Of a DNA stretch of 30,000 bases, positions 8,527 to 17,421 are shown piece after piece. The stretch is from Aromatoleum diolicum (GTDB lineage: Bacteria > Pseudomonadota > Gammaproteobacteria > Burkholderiales > Rhodocyclaceae). The stretch is from assembly GCF_012910955.1 (NCBI RefSeq), contig NZ_WTVQ01000010.1:24349-54348 (forward strand). The letters are read 5' to 3'. Below the pieces are notes generated by a model. That model ran no database searches, was not told where the DNA came from, and worked only from the letters and a program-made list of their open reading frames with translations. How positions within the stretch are numbered: the first letter of the stretch is position 1; each line of letters starts with the position of its first letter. The translations under genes and the position numbers were made by a program.

Positions 8527-9489
8527 TCAGCTGCGTGCCGCCGCGAGTGCCTGCGTCAGCTCCGGGACGAGCTGGAACAGGTCGCCGACGAGGCCGTAGT
8601 CGGCCACCTGGAAGATCGGCGCCTCCTCGTCCTTGTTGATCGCGACGATGACCTTGCTGTCCTTCATGCCGGCGAGATGCTGGATGGCGCCGGAGATGCC
8701 GACCGCGACATACAGCTGCGGTGCGACGATCTTGCCGGTCTGGCCGACCTGCAGCTCGTTCGACACGTAGCCCGAATCGACCGCCGCGCGGGAGCCGCCG
8801 ATCCCGGCGCCGAGGATGTCTGCGAGCGGTTCGAGGGTCTGGTGGAAGTTTTCCTTCGAGCCCATCGCCCGGCCGCCGGACACGATGATGCGCGCGGCGG
8901 TGAGTTCGGGACGGGCCGACTGCACCAGCTGCTGGCCGACGACCCTGGCCTTGCCACGATCGCCGGTCGCCGCAACCGCTTCGACCGGTGCCGCATTGCC
9001 CCCGGCCTCGACCGCCGGGAAGGCCGTGGCACGCACCGACAGCACGCGCACGCGCTCGGCACAACGCACTTTCGCGAGCAGGCTGCCGGCGTAGATCGGG
9101 CGCACGAAGGTGTCGCGATTTTCACACTCGACGACTTCGGTGATCTCGCTGACCATGCCGACGTCGAGCAGCGCGGCGACGCGCGGCAGCAGGTTCTTGC
9201 CGGCGGCGGACGCGATCGCCAACACATGGGTGTAGCCCCGGCCGGCGAGCTGCACGATCAGCGGCGCGACGTTCTCGGCGGTGAAATGCGCGTATTCCGC
9301 CGCTTCGGACGTCAGCACGCGGGTCACGCCCGGGTAGCTGCGCGCCTGCTCGGCGGCCGCGGCGACACCGCTGGCACCGACGACCAGCAGGTCGATCTCG
9401 CCACCGATCTTCGTCGCCACGGCGACGAGGTTGGCGCTCATCGGCGACAGCTGGCCGCCATTCTGTTCTGCAATGATCAGACTCTTCAT
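8527..9489 (-). CDS. etfA: electron transfer flavoprotein, alpha subunit
   Basis: [14 protein letters not shown]... and the FAD-site signature [19 protein letters not shown]. Three consecutive ATGs (9495/9492/9489). GAGAGGA abuts the first, so the third has the best spacing. Confidence 0.9.
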   Translation of the reverse strand: MKSLIIAEQNGGQLSPMSANLVAVATKIGGEIDLLVVGASGVAAAAEQARSYPGVTRVLTSEAAEYAHFTAENVAPLIVQLAGRGYTHVLAIASAAGKNLLPRVAALLDVGMVSEITEVVECENRDTFVRPIYAGSLLAKVRCAERVRVLSVRATAFPAVEAGGNAAPVEAVAATGDRGKARVVGQQLVQSARPELTAARIIVSGGRAMGSKENFHQTLEPLADILGAGIGGSRAAVDSGYVSNELQVGQTGKIVAPQLYVAVGISGAIQHLAGMKDSKVIVAINKDEEAPIFQVADYGLVGDLFQLVPELTQALAAARS

Positions 9490-9513
9490 CATCATCCTCT
9501 CGCGTCAGGTGCC

Positions 9514-10263
9514 TTACAGCACCCGCGTGTCATCCTTCAGCTTGTGCACCAGTTCGGCGACCGAACCGACCTTGATGCCGCCCTTGCGCTCCGGCGGTGT
9601 ATAGACCGACAGCGTCGCGACGCGCGGCGCGACATCGACGCCCAGCTCGGCGGCCTTCAGCGTGTCGAGCGGCTTCTTCTTCGCCTTCATGATGTTCGGC
9701 AGCGTCGCGTAGCGCGGCTCGTTCAGGCGCAGGTCGGCGCTGACGACCGCCGGCAGCGCGAGCGCCAAGGTCTCGAGACCGCCGTCGACTTCGCGTGTGA
9801 CTTCGATCGTCCCGTCGGCGACGGACAGCTTCGACGCGTAGGTCGCCTGCCCCCAGTCGAGCAGCGCGGCGAGCATCTGCGCGGTCTGGTTGGCGTCGTC
9901 GTCGATCGCCTGCTTGCCGCAGATCACCAGCTGCGCGCCTTCCTTGTCGGCGACGACCTTCAGCAGCTTGGCGACGGCGAGCGACTGCAGCTCGGCATCA
10001 GTTTCAACGAGGATTGCGCGGTCGGCACCCATCGCCAGCGCGGTGCGCAGCGTTTCCTGACAGGCCGCGATGCCGCAGGACACCGCGATGACTTCGCTCG
10101 CGACACCGGCCTCCTTCAGCCGCACCGCTTCCTCGACGGCGATCTCGTCGAAGGGGTTCATCGACATCTTGACGTTGGCGAGCTCGACGCCCGAACCATC
10201 GGACTTCGGGCGCACCTTGACGTTGTAGTCCGCGACCCGCTTTACCGGAACCAGCACTTTCAT
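9514..10263 (-). CDS. etfB: electron transfer flavoprotein, beta subunit
   Basis: [46 protein letters not shown] is the classic EtfB N-terminus. GGGAGA lies upstream of ATG 10263. Confidence 0.9.
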   Translation of the reverse strand: MKVLVPVKRVADYNVKVRPKSDGSGVELANVKMSMNPFDEIAVEEAVRLKEAGVASEVIAVSCGIAACQETLRTALAMGADRAILVETDAELQSLAVAKLLKVVADKEGAQLVICGKQAIDDDANQTAQMLAALLDWGQATYASKLSVADGTIEVTREVDGGLETLALALPAVVSADLRLNEPRYATLPNIMKAKKKPLDTLKAAELGVDVAPRVATLSVYTPPERKGGIKVGSVAELVHKLKDDTRVL

Positions 10264-10279
10264 TCGCAATATCTCCCGT

Positions 10280-11809
10280 TCATTCCTTGAAGTGTTCGCC
10301 GCTGATCAGCTTCGGCGCCTGCGGCAGCAGCGGCTTGAAGCCCATGCGGTCGAGGATGTCGCGCTGCACATCGACGCCCGGCGCGATCTCTTCGAGCACG
10401 ATGCCGTCCTGGGTCAGGCGGAACACCGCGCGCTCGGTGATGTACAGCACCTCCTGCCCGCGCAGCACCGCCTGCGGCCCGGAGAAGGTGATCTGGTCGA
10501 CGTCGGCGACGACTTTCGACACGTCACCGTTGCGCTCGACGTGCAACTCGCCGTGGCCGGTCGTGAGCTTCGATCCCTTGGTGTCGAAGTTGCCGCAGAA
10601 CACCACCTTGCGCGCGTTCTGCGCGATGTCGATGAAGCCGCCGGGGCCGACGGTGAGGCCGCCGAGCTTGGACGCATTGACGTTGCCGTGCTGGTCGAAC
10701 TCGCCGAAGCCGAGGAAGGCGATGTCCAACCCGCCGCCCGAGTAGAAGTCGAACTGCGAGGGCGCATCGATCATTGCCGACGCATTGCGCGCGAAGCCGA
10801 ACAGCATGCCGTCGAGCAGGTTGCCGCCGTAGGTGCCGTGCTCGATGGTCTGGTAGTAGCGGTCGATGTCGCCACGCGCCGCGACGAGCTTCGCCACCGC
10901 ATCCGGCACGCCGACGCCGTAGTTGATCACCGCGCCGTCGCGCAGCTCCTCGGCGGCGCGGCGGGCGGTCGCCTGGCGCACCGACAGTGGCTGCGGCGCT
11001 TCGACCGGCACCGGGCCGTGGCGCTCGCCCGAGATCGTCGGGTCATAGACGATGTCGTAGCTCTGCGACTGCGACGGATCGACCACGACCGCATCGACGA
11101 TCGCACCGGGGATGCGCACCGAGCGCGCCGGCAGCGTGCCGACATCGACCGCGGTGCGCACCTGCACGATCACCTTGCCGCCGGAGTTGTGCGCGGCGAG
11201 CGCGACCGCATAGGCGTCGAGGTTCGCCGGTTCCTGGTCCATGCTGATGTTGCCGTGCGCGTCGGCGTAGGAGCCGCGGATGATCGCGACATTCACCGGG
11301 AAAGGCTTGTAGCGCAGGTATTCCTTGCCGCCGAGCTCGACGACCTCGACGAGGTCTTCCTTGGCCGACTTGTTCATCTTGCCGCCGTCGATACGCGGAT
11401 CGACGAAGGTGCCGAGGCCCACGTGCGTCAGCAGACCCGGCCGGCCAGCGCCGATTTCGCGGAACAGCTGCGCGATCACGCCGCCAGGCAGCACATAGGC
11501 TTCGATCTTCTCGTCGCGCGCCAACTCCTGCATGCGCGGCGACCACACCCAGTGGCCACCGATGACGCGCTTGACCATGCCTTCGTAGGCGAAGCAGTTC
11601 ATCCCCTTGGTCTTCTTGTCGCCGATCCCGAGGGCGTGGACGACGGTCAGGTTGCGCGGCTGCGCGCTTTCCTGAAAGCGCTTTTCGAGCGCCGCGAAAA
11701 TGCACGAGGCTTCGACGAGGCCGCCACCACCACCGATCAGACCGACGGTGTCGCCATCCTTGACCAGCGCGACGGCGTCGGCCGCGCTCATGAATTTATT
11801 GATTGCCAT
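10280..11809 (-). CDS. fused-subunit family I acyl-CoA:carboxylate CoA-transferase (YdiF / propionate CoA-transferase type)
   Basis: 509 aa. [52 protein letters not shown] and [36 protein letters not shown] match, from memory, YdiF-type enzymes along the whole length. Confidence 0.9.
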   Translation of the reverse strand: MAINKFMSAADAVALVKDGDTVGLIGGGGGLVEASCIFAALEKRFQESAQPRNLTVVHALGIGDKKTKGMNCFAYEGMVKRVIGGHWVWSPRMQELARDEKIEAYVLPGGVIAQLFREIGAGRPGLLTHVGLGTFVDPRIDGGKMNKSAKEDLVEVVELGGKEYLRYKPFPVNVAIIRGSYADAHGNISMDQEPANLDAYAVALAAHNSGGKVIVQVRTAVDVGTLPARSVRIPGAIVDAVVVDPSQSQSYDIVYDPTISGERHGPVPVEAPQPLSVRQATARRAAEELRDGAVINYGVGVPDAVAKLVAARGDIDRYYQTIEHGTYGGNLLDGMLFGFARNASAMIDAPSQFDFYSGGGLDIAFLGFGEFDQHGNVNASKLGGLTVGPGGFIDIAQNARKVVFCGNFDTKGSKLTTGHGELHVERNGDVSKVVADVDQITFSGPQAVLRGQEVLYITERAVFRLTQDGIVLEEIAPGVDVQRDILDRMGFKPLLPQAPKLISGEHFKE

Positions 11810-11833
11810 TGCTGTTCCCTTCTACCGTCGCGA

Positions 11834-13000
11834 TCAGAGCGTGCCGTACAGCGCTTCGCCGTGCTTCATCGCGCTGCGCGCAACAACGGTGCGGTGGATT
11901 TCGGAGGTGCCGTCGAAGATGCGGTAGATGCGCGCATCGCGGTACATGCGCTCGATCGGCAGATCGGCGCAGTAGCCCATGCCGCCATACACCTGCACGG
12001 CGCGGTCGGCGACGCGGCCGAGCACTTCCGAGACGTAGAACTTGGCCATCGCGATCTTGTCGCGCGCGTCGATGCCGTTGTCGATGTCGCTCGCGGCATC
12101 CAGCACCAGCAGGCGCGAGGCGTTGATCTCGACGACGCTGTCCGCAATCATCTGCTGGATCATCTGGAAGTCGCCGATCGGCTTGCCGAACTGCTTGCGC
12201 TCCTGCGCATACGACACCATCAGGTTGAGCAGGCGCACCGACTTGCCGACGGCGCGCGCACACACCTGCGCCAGCCGCACGCGACCCAGCGTTTCGAGGA
12301 TCAGCTTGAAGCCCTGCCCTTCGCCGCCGAGCAGGTTCTCCGGGCCGACGGGGACTTCGTCAAACGCCAGTTCGACGTGACTGGTGCCGGTGAGACCCAT
12401 CATTTTCTGGTCGCGGCCGATGATGAAGCCCGGCGTGCCCTTGTCGACCAGGAACAGCGAGATGCCCTTCGCGCCGGCGCTCGCGTCGGTGACCACGGAC
12501 ACCACGAAGAAGTCCGAGAACTCGCCGTCGCTGATGAAGTGCTTGCCGCCGGTGATCTTCCAGCCGCCCTTGCCGTCGGGGACCGCGCGCGTCTTGATGG
12601 CCGCGGCATCGGAGCCGGCATTCGGTTCGGTGATCGCGATCGAGCAGGTGCGCTCGCCGCGCACGGTGGGCAGCAGCCAGCGCTCGCGCTGGGCTTCGTT
12701 GCACTTCAGCAGCACTTCATACACGTTGCCGAAGGCGCGGCGGATCAGGATGTCCTTGGCGTGGCCGAACTGTTCCTCGACGAGCATCGTGTCGACCGCC
12801 GACAGCCCGCCGCCACCGAACTCCTCGGGGATGTTCATCGCGTACATGCCGTTCGCGCTCGCCTTCTCGAACAGCGCGCGCGCCTTCTCCGGCGCGAGGC
12901 GGCCGGTCTCCTCGATTTCGTCTTCGAGCGGCAGCATCTCGTTCTCGACGAAGCGGCGCACGGTTTCGACAAGCATTTTCTGTTCGGAAGTCAGGTTCAT
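11834..13000 (-). CDS. acyl-CoA dehydrogenase
   Basis: Internal ATG 13000 (MNLTSEQKMLVETVRRFVENE...), with GGAGA 7 nt upstream, gives 388 aa. ACAD motifs AITEPNAGSD, YAQERKQFGKPIGDFQMIQ and VYGGMGY are present. The track ORF extension to 13477 overlaps iclR and is rejected. Confidence 0.9.
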   Translation of the reverse strand: MNLTSEQKMLVETVRRFVENEMLPLEDEIEETGRLAPEKARALFEKASANGMYAMNIPEEFGGGGLSAVDTMLVEEQFGHAKDILIRRAFGNVYEVLLKCNEAQRERWLLPTVRGERTCSIAITEPNAGSDAAAIKTRAVPDGKGGWKITGGKHFISDGEFSDFFVVSVVTDASAGAKGISLFLVDKGTPGFIIGRDQKMMGLTGTSHVELAFDEVPVGPENLLGGEGQGFKLILETLGRVRLAQVCARAVGKSVRLLNLMVSYAQERKQFGKPIGDFQMIQQMIADSVVEINASRLLVLDAASDIDNGIDARDKIAMAKFYVSEVLGRVADRAVQVYGGMGYCADLPIERMYRDARIYRIFDGTSEIHRTVVARSAMKHGEALYGTL

Positions 13001-13050
13001 GTGGATGTCTCCAGGGGTTTCATTGAATGCCGGAACGGCGGGGGAGCGCG

Positions 13051-13881
13051 TCAGGCCGCGCGCTGTCGGCCCGGCGCGGACTCGGCCACGGTCGGATTGA
13101 TGCTTCTGAGGTATTCGGAAAGCGGGCTGACCGCCGACAACTCGTCGGCCGCCGCAAGAAGTTCGGGGGCCAGCGCGTCCATCGCCGCTTCGGTCAGGCG
13201 CACGGTCGGGCCGGCGATGCTGAGCACGCCGGTGACGCGCGCGGAATGGGGTTCGCGCACCGCGGCGGCCATCGACGACATGCCCGGCCCCCAGGTTTCG
13301 ATCGCGCGGCTGTAGCCCCGCTCGCGCGCATCGGCGACGCAGGCAAGCACTTCGGCGATCGTCTTCGGCACCTTCGGGCCGCGCTGGTCGAGCAGCGTGA
13401 AGCCCTGGCGGGCGACATGCTCGACCGCCTCGTTCTCCGGCAGGCTGGCAAGCCAGATCATGCCGCTCGACGAGCAAAACAGCGCCGCTTCGCCGCCCAT
13501 GTCGGGGTCGAAACGCAGCCCGCTGCGCGCGCCCTGCGCCTTCGCGACGAAAGGCAGGCGACCGTTATCGACGACCGCCAGGCGCACCAGTTCGCCGCTG
13601 ACGGCAGCCAGGCGGTTGAGCACCGGCTGCACCACTTCGACGATGCCGCTGCTGCCGAGCTGCTTGAAGCCCAGCGACATCAGTCGCGTCGTCAGCAGGT
13701 AGCGCGCCGAATCCTTGTCCTGCACCACGTAGTGCAGTTGCGCCAGTTCGGCCAGCAGGCGATGCGCGCCGCTCTTGGGCATGCCGAGGCGGTCGGCAAC
13801 GTCCTGCAGATTCAGGCCGCGCGGATGCTCAACCAGCAGCTCGAGAGCACCCATCGCACGAGCAAGGAGACTTCCAGCCAT
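13051..13881 (-). CDS. IclR family transcriptional regulator (copy 1)
   Basis: 276 aa. N-terminal wHTH (LNLQDVADRLGMPKSGAHRLLAELAQLHYV) and a C-terminal IclR effector domain. GAGGTG lies 5 nt upstream of the ATG. Confidence 0.9.
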   Translation of the reverse strand: MAGSLLARAMGALELLVEHPRGLNLQDVADRLGMPKSGAHRLLAELAQLHYVVQDKDSARYLLTTRLMSLGFKQLGSSGIVEVVQPVLNRLAAVSGELVRLAVVDNGRLPFVAKAQGARSGLRFDPDMGGEAALFCSSSGMIWLASLPENEAVEHVARQGFTLLDQRGPKVPKTIAEVLACVADARERGYSRAIETWGPGMSSMAAAVREPHSARVTGVLSIAGPTVRLTEAAMDALAPELLAAADELSAVSPLSEYLRSINPTVAESAPGRQRAA

Positions 13882-13900
13882 TTCTGCACCTCACGAAAAC

Positions 13901-13915
13901 TTGAACTTGGTTCAA
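13901..13915. promoter_or_regulatory. perfect palindrome TTGAAC-TTG-GTTCAA, candidate IclR operator
   Basis: Read directly. Its centre is 27 bp upstream of the iclR-1 start codon, immediately 5' of the SD. Same core (GAAC-N3-GTTC) as 27931-27943 and 28096-28108. Confidence 0.55.
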
Positions 13916-13919
13916 CTTT

Positions 13920-13932
13920 AGAACTGCCTTCA
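13920..13932. promoter_or_regulatory. imperfect second half-operator AGAAC-TGC-CTTCA
   Basis: Lies 18 bp centre-to-centre from the perfect palindrome. One mismatch to GAAC-N3-GTTC. Confidence 0.35.
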
Positions 13933-13965
13933 AGTCCTGTCAAGGCAAAAATCTGTCCAACAAAA

Positions 13966-14010
13966 TTAAGTTGCGTTTTAGAAAGAAAACGCCGTTGTTA
14001 AGTTGCGTTT
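13966..14010 (+). repeat. 13-bp direct repeat TTAAGTTGCGTTT x2 (13966-13978 and 13998-14010, 32-bp register)
   Basis: Read directly. The second copy supplies the -35 element of the predicted promoter P1. Confidence 0.7.
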
Positions 14011-14031
14011 GTCGAAACACTGTTCTATATT
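14003..14031 (+). promoter_or_regulatory. predicted sigma70-type promoter P1 with embedded operator (drives the TIM-barrel gene 14191..15027)
   Basis: TTGCGT (14003-08), then a 17-nt spacer ttgtcGAAACACTGTTC, then TATATT (14026-31). Same layout as P2 and P3. Confidence 0.45.
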
Positions 14032-14190
14032 TCGCTCATTAATGAATCGATCGGTCGTACCTTGAGCATGAGCCCCCGGTTTCCGCAACACCGCCGGGGT
14101 GCCACTGAAGCCGGAAACTGGCGCCATAAGCCGGCCTCCGGCGAACCGGTGCAGCCGTTCTCTTGTCTTGACTATCTGGAGGAATCCCTC

Positions 14191-15027
14191 ATGGCGCACC
14201 AGTTCTCCCTCGCTCACCTCTCCGTGCTGACGACTTCGCCCGCGGAGATGGTGCAGATCGCCGCGAAAACCGGTTACGACTTCGTCAGCTTCCGCCTCAC
14301 CGCCGTCACGACGACCGAACACGTGTTCGCGCTGCAGAATGCTCGTGCGCTGATGAACGAGACCAAGGCCCTGCTCGCCGCCACCGGCGTGAAGGTGCTG
14401 GATATCGAACTGGCGCGCATGCCCGCGGAGATCGAGCCGGAAACCTACGTCCCGGTGCTCGAAGCCGCCGCCGAACTGGGCGCCCGCCACATCCTCGCGC
14501 AGCTGCCCGACGCCAACCGCGAACGCGCCACCGAGCGCTTCGCCCGCCTGTGCGACCTCGCCCTGCCCTACAAGCTGACCGTCGACCTCGAATACCCGAG
14601 CTGGACCGAGACACCGAACCTCGCCGCCGCCGCCGCCGTCGTGCGCGCGGTCAATCGCCCGAACGCCGGCATCCTGGTCGACACCCTGCATTTCGACCGC
14701 GCCCGCGACAGCCTCGAAGAACTGCGCAAGCTGCCCGCCGAGTGGTTCCATTTCGCCCAGGTGTGCGACGCCCCGGCGGAGATCCCGAGCACCGTCGAGG
14801 GCCTGATCCACACTGCCCGCAGCGAGCGCAACTTCCTCGGCGAAGGCGGTATCGACGTGCGCAGCATCCTCGACGCGATGCCGGCCGGCATCCCCTACTC
14901 GCTCGAAATCCCCACCGACACGCTGGCGCTGACCGTCAGTGCGGAAGAGCGCGCACGTCGCTCGATCCGCGCCGCCGAGGCCTACCTCGACGGTCTGCAC
15001 GGCCAGCGTCTGAAAAAATCGGCCTGA
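14191..15027 (+). CDS. sugar phosphate isomerase/epimerase family (xylose-isomerase-like TIM barrel) protein, copy 1
   Basis: ATG 14191 with GGAGGA 7 nt upstream. 278 aa. Family-typical pattern (VSFRL..., LVDTLHF, SLEIP). The track ORF start at 14062 adds an Arg/Pro-rich leader with no SD. Confidence 0.85.
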   Translation: MAHQFSLAHLSVLTTSPAEMVQIAAKTGYDFVSFRLTAVTTTEHVFALQNARALMNETKALLAATGVKVLDIELARMPAEIEPETYVPVLEAAAELGARHILAQLPDANRERATERFARLCDLALPYKLTVDLEYPSWTETPNLAAAAAVVRAVNRPNAGILVDTLHFDRARDSLEELRKLPAEWFHFAQVCDAPAEIPSTVEGLIHTARSERNFLGEGGIDVRSILDAMPAGIPYSLEIPTDTLALTVSAEERARRSIRAAEAYLDGLHGQRLKKSA

Positions 15028-15037
15028 AGCTCTCCTC

Positions 15038-15087
15038 GCGCGGACGTCGGCAACTCCTCTCCCTCCCCGCCTTCGTCCGCGCTTTTT
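15038..15087 (+). terminator. rho-independent terminator-like element
   Basis: 9-bp perfect stem GCGCGGACG (15038-46) / CGTCCGCGC (15074-82) followed by TTTTTCTT. The loop is large (27 nt). It starts 11 nt after the stop codon. Confidence 0.5.
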
Positions 15088-15188
15088 CTTCTCCGGTGAT
15101 CGCGGCGTCGCCGCTCCAGCCTGCGGCCTGTGATCCCGGTAGCGACGCCCCATCCGCAGCGCCTTTCTCGCCCAGGAGTGCCGGTTTC

Positions 15189-15809
15189 ATGAGCCGTCCC
15201 CCCGTCGTCGCAGACTCGCGCACCGCCCCACACATTGCCCCACCCTCGCTCGGCGAGCTGTTCCGCGCCTGCTCGCGCGTCGGCCTGTCGGGTTTCGGCG
15301 GCGTGCTGCCGCTGCTGCGGCACCTGCTCGTCGACGAGCGTCGCCTGATGAGCGGCGCCGACTTCAACGCGCTGCTGGGTCTGTGCCAGTTTCTGCCCGG
15401 TTCAAACGTCGTGAATCTCGCGGTGTGCGTCGGTGCGCGCTTTCACGGCGCGCGCGGCGCGATCGTCGCGACCGCGGGCCTGCTGCTCGGCCCCTTCCTG
15501 GTGATGATGGCGCTCGCGACCGCCTACGGCCTGTGGGGGCAGCTCGCGATCGTGCAGGACATGCTGCGCGGCATCGCCGCGGCCGGCGCCGGCCTGCTGT
15601 TCGCGACCGCCCTGAAGATGGCGCGCAACGTGCCGGAACGCTGGATCTACCTGCCCTTTTCCGCACTGATCCTCGTCGCGCTGGTGGTCCTGCGCCTGCC
15701 GCTGCCGCCGCTGATGCTCGCCCTGCTCGGCATCACCGGCCTGATCGCATACCGCCGTGCCCGAAACGCCGCGGCGATCGCGACAAGCGCCGGCGAGGAG
15801 CGCGCATGA
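15189..15809 (+). CDS. chrA: chromate ion transporter (CHR) family, short-chain N-type half
   Basis: 206 aa from ATG 15189. LGELFRACSRVGLSGFGGVLPLLRHLLVDERRLMSGADFNALLGLCQFLPGSNVVN is typical of CHR. Its stop overlaps the next start (ATGA at 15806-15809). Confidence 0.85.
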   Translation: MSRPPVVADSRTAPHIAPPSLGELFRACSRVGLSGFGGVLPLLRHLLVDERRLMSGADFNALLGLCQFLPGSNVVNLAVCVGARFHGARGAIVATAGLLLGPFLVMMALATAYGLWGQLAIVQDMLRGIAAAGAGLLFATALKMARNVPERWIYLPFSALILVALVVLRLPLPPLMLALLGITGLIAYRRARNAAAIATSAGEERA

Positions 15810-16330
15810 TCGCGCTGCTGGCCGACCTCTTCCTGCAGTTCAGCGTGCTGACCGTTGTCGCCTTCGGCGGCATCACCGCGATGCTGCCCGAACTGCACCG
15901 CCTCGTCGTCGAACAGCGGCAGTGGATGGACGCCACGACCTTCGCGCACCTTTTCGCGATCGCGCAGGCGGCGCCGGGGCCGAACCTGCTGGTCGTCTCG
16001 CTGATCGGCTGGAAAGTCGCCGGCATCCCCGGCGCGATCGTCGCGACACTCGCGATCAGCCTGCCGATGAGCCTCGTGATCTTCTTCCTCTACCGCCACT
16101 GGGAACGCTTCCGCGATGCCCCTTGGCGTGCGGCGATCCAGACCGGCGTCGCCCCGCTCGCGGTGGGCCTGGTGTGCGCCAGCGGCTGGCTGATCGGCGC
16201 GTCCGCGGGCCTTGGCGTGCGCGGCGTGCTGCTGACGCTGATCTGCACCGCGCTGATGCTGGTCCGTTCCTGGCACCCGCTGTGGTACATCGGCGCCGGC
16301 GCCGCGGCGGGCGCCTTCGGCCTGGTCTAG
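15806..16330 (+). CDS. chrA: chromate ion transporter (CHR) family, short-chain C-type half
   Basis: 174 aa. LTVVAFGGITAMLPELHRLVVEQRQWMDATTFAHLFAIAQAAPGPNLL. Translationally coupled to the preceding half. Confidence 0.85.
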   Translation: MIALLADLFLQFSVLTVVAFGGITAMLPELHRLVVEQRQWMDATTFAHLFAIAQAAPGPNLLVVSLIGWKVAGIPGAIVATLAISLPMSLVIFFLYRHWERFRDAPWRAAIQTGVAPLAVGLVCASGWLIGASAGLGVRGVLLTLICTALMLVRSWHPLWYIGAGAAAGAFGLV

Positions 16331-16437
16331 ATTCGCAGTCCCCGGGTGCCGCGCCGACGCGACACCCGCTTCCGCCACGTCGGCTTGCCGTCCGTGGCCC
16401 GATGTTATGCTCGGCGGCCCGCCACTGGATTCGACGC

Positions 16438-17379
16438 ATGCTGGAAATTTTCACGATCACCGGTCCGGTCTTCATCGTCATCGCGATCGGCTTCGCCGCG
16501 GTCCGCAGTGGCCTCTTCGACAAGGCCGAGACCCGCATCCTCGGCAAGTTCGCGATCAACGTCGCCTTGCCGGCGATGCTGCTGAAGGCGCTGACCGAAC
16601 GCCCGTTCGCCGAGATCATGAACACCGGCTACCTCGCCGCGTACGCACTGGGCTCGCTCGCCGCATTCGCGATCGGCATCGCCGTCGCGCGCTACGCCCA
16701 GCACAAGAGCCTGCAGCTGAGCGCCATCCAGGGAATGGGCATGTCGCTGTCGAACAGCGGCTTCATCGGTTACCCGATCGTGCTGCAACTGCTCGGCCCA
16801 CCCGCCGCGATCGCGCTGGCGCTGTGCTTTCTCGTCGAGAACCTGCTGATCGTGCCGCTCGCGCTGTCGCTCGCCGAGGGCAGCAACGGCAACGGCGACA
16901 AGGTGCACAAGGTCGTGCTCGCCACCTTCGCCCGGCTCGGCAAGAACCCGCTGATCATCGCGATCGTCGCGGGCTTCACGTGCGCGCTGCTGGGCATCCG
17001 CCTGCCGACGCCGGCCGCACGCGCGATCGAAATGCTGTCGCTCGCCGCGGCGGGCATCGCGCTGTTCGTGATCGGCGGCACGCTGGTCGGTCTGAAGGTG
17101 GCGGGCATGCGCCGCGACATGGCGCAGATCGTCGCCGGCAAGCTGTTGCTGCATCCGCTCGCGGTATTCGTGGCGCTGTGGCTGCTGCCGCCGCTCGACC
17201 CGGCGCTGCGGATCGCAGCGATCACCTTCGCATGCATGCCAATGGCGAGCATCTATCCGATCATCGCGCAGAAATTCGGCCACGAACAGCTCGCCGCGGC
17301 AGCGCTGATGGCCGCGACCGTGACCGGATTCTTCTCGATCAGCGCGGTGATCTGGCTGCTGCGGCCGACGCTGGCCTGA
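16438..17379 (+). CDS. AEC (auxin efflux carrier / MdcF-like) family permease
   Basis: 313 aa from ATG 16438 (MLEIFTITGPVFIVIAIGFAAVRSGLF...), about 10 TM. The track ORF 15757..17379 carries a spurious Arg-rich extension. Confidence 0.9.
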   Translation: MLEIFTITGPVFIVIAIGFAAVRSGLFDKAETRILGKFAINVALPAMLLKALTERPFAEIMNTGYLAAYALGSLAAFAIGIAVARYAQHKSLQLSAIQGMGMSLSNSGFIGYPIVLQLLGPPAAIALALCFLVENLLIVPLALSLAEGSNGNGDKVHKVVLATFARLGKNPLIIAIVAGFTCALLGIRLPTPAARAIEMLSLAAAGIALFVIGGTLVGLKVAGMRRDMAQIVAGKLLLHPLAVFVALWLLPPLDPALRIAAITFACMPMASIYPIIAQKFGHEQLAAAALMAATVTGFFSISAVIWLLRPTLA

Positions 17380-17421
17380 CGAGGATGTCCGCTCGCGGCG
17401 CGCGCAGGGCGCCAGCCCGCG

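Noticed and set aside
8428-10290. 620-aa plus-strand ORF
   Set aside because: It is a shadow ORF antisense to etfA and etfB, which have unmistakable ETF signatures. Its composition is Arg/Asp/Gly/Ala-biased.
10292-13315. 1007-aa plus-strand ORF, the longest in the window
   Set aside because: It lies antisense to the CoA-transferase, ACAD and iclR genes. The translation is Arg/Ala/Asp/His-rich low-complexity sequence with no recognisable domain. It is a typical high-GC shadow ORF, while the opposite strand carries clear family motifs.
14119-14132. TGGCGC-N5-GCC, considered as a sigma54 -24/-12 promoter for TIM-barrel gene 1
   Set aside because: The GG-to-GC spacing is one base short of the consensus and the -12 element lacks TTGC. 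No enhancer-binding-protein gene is nearby.
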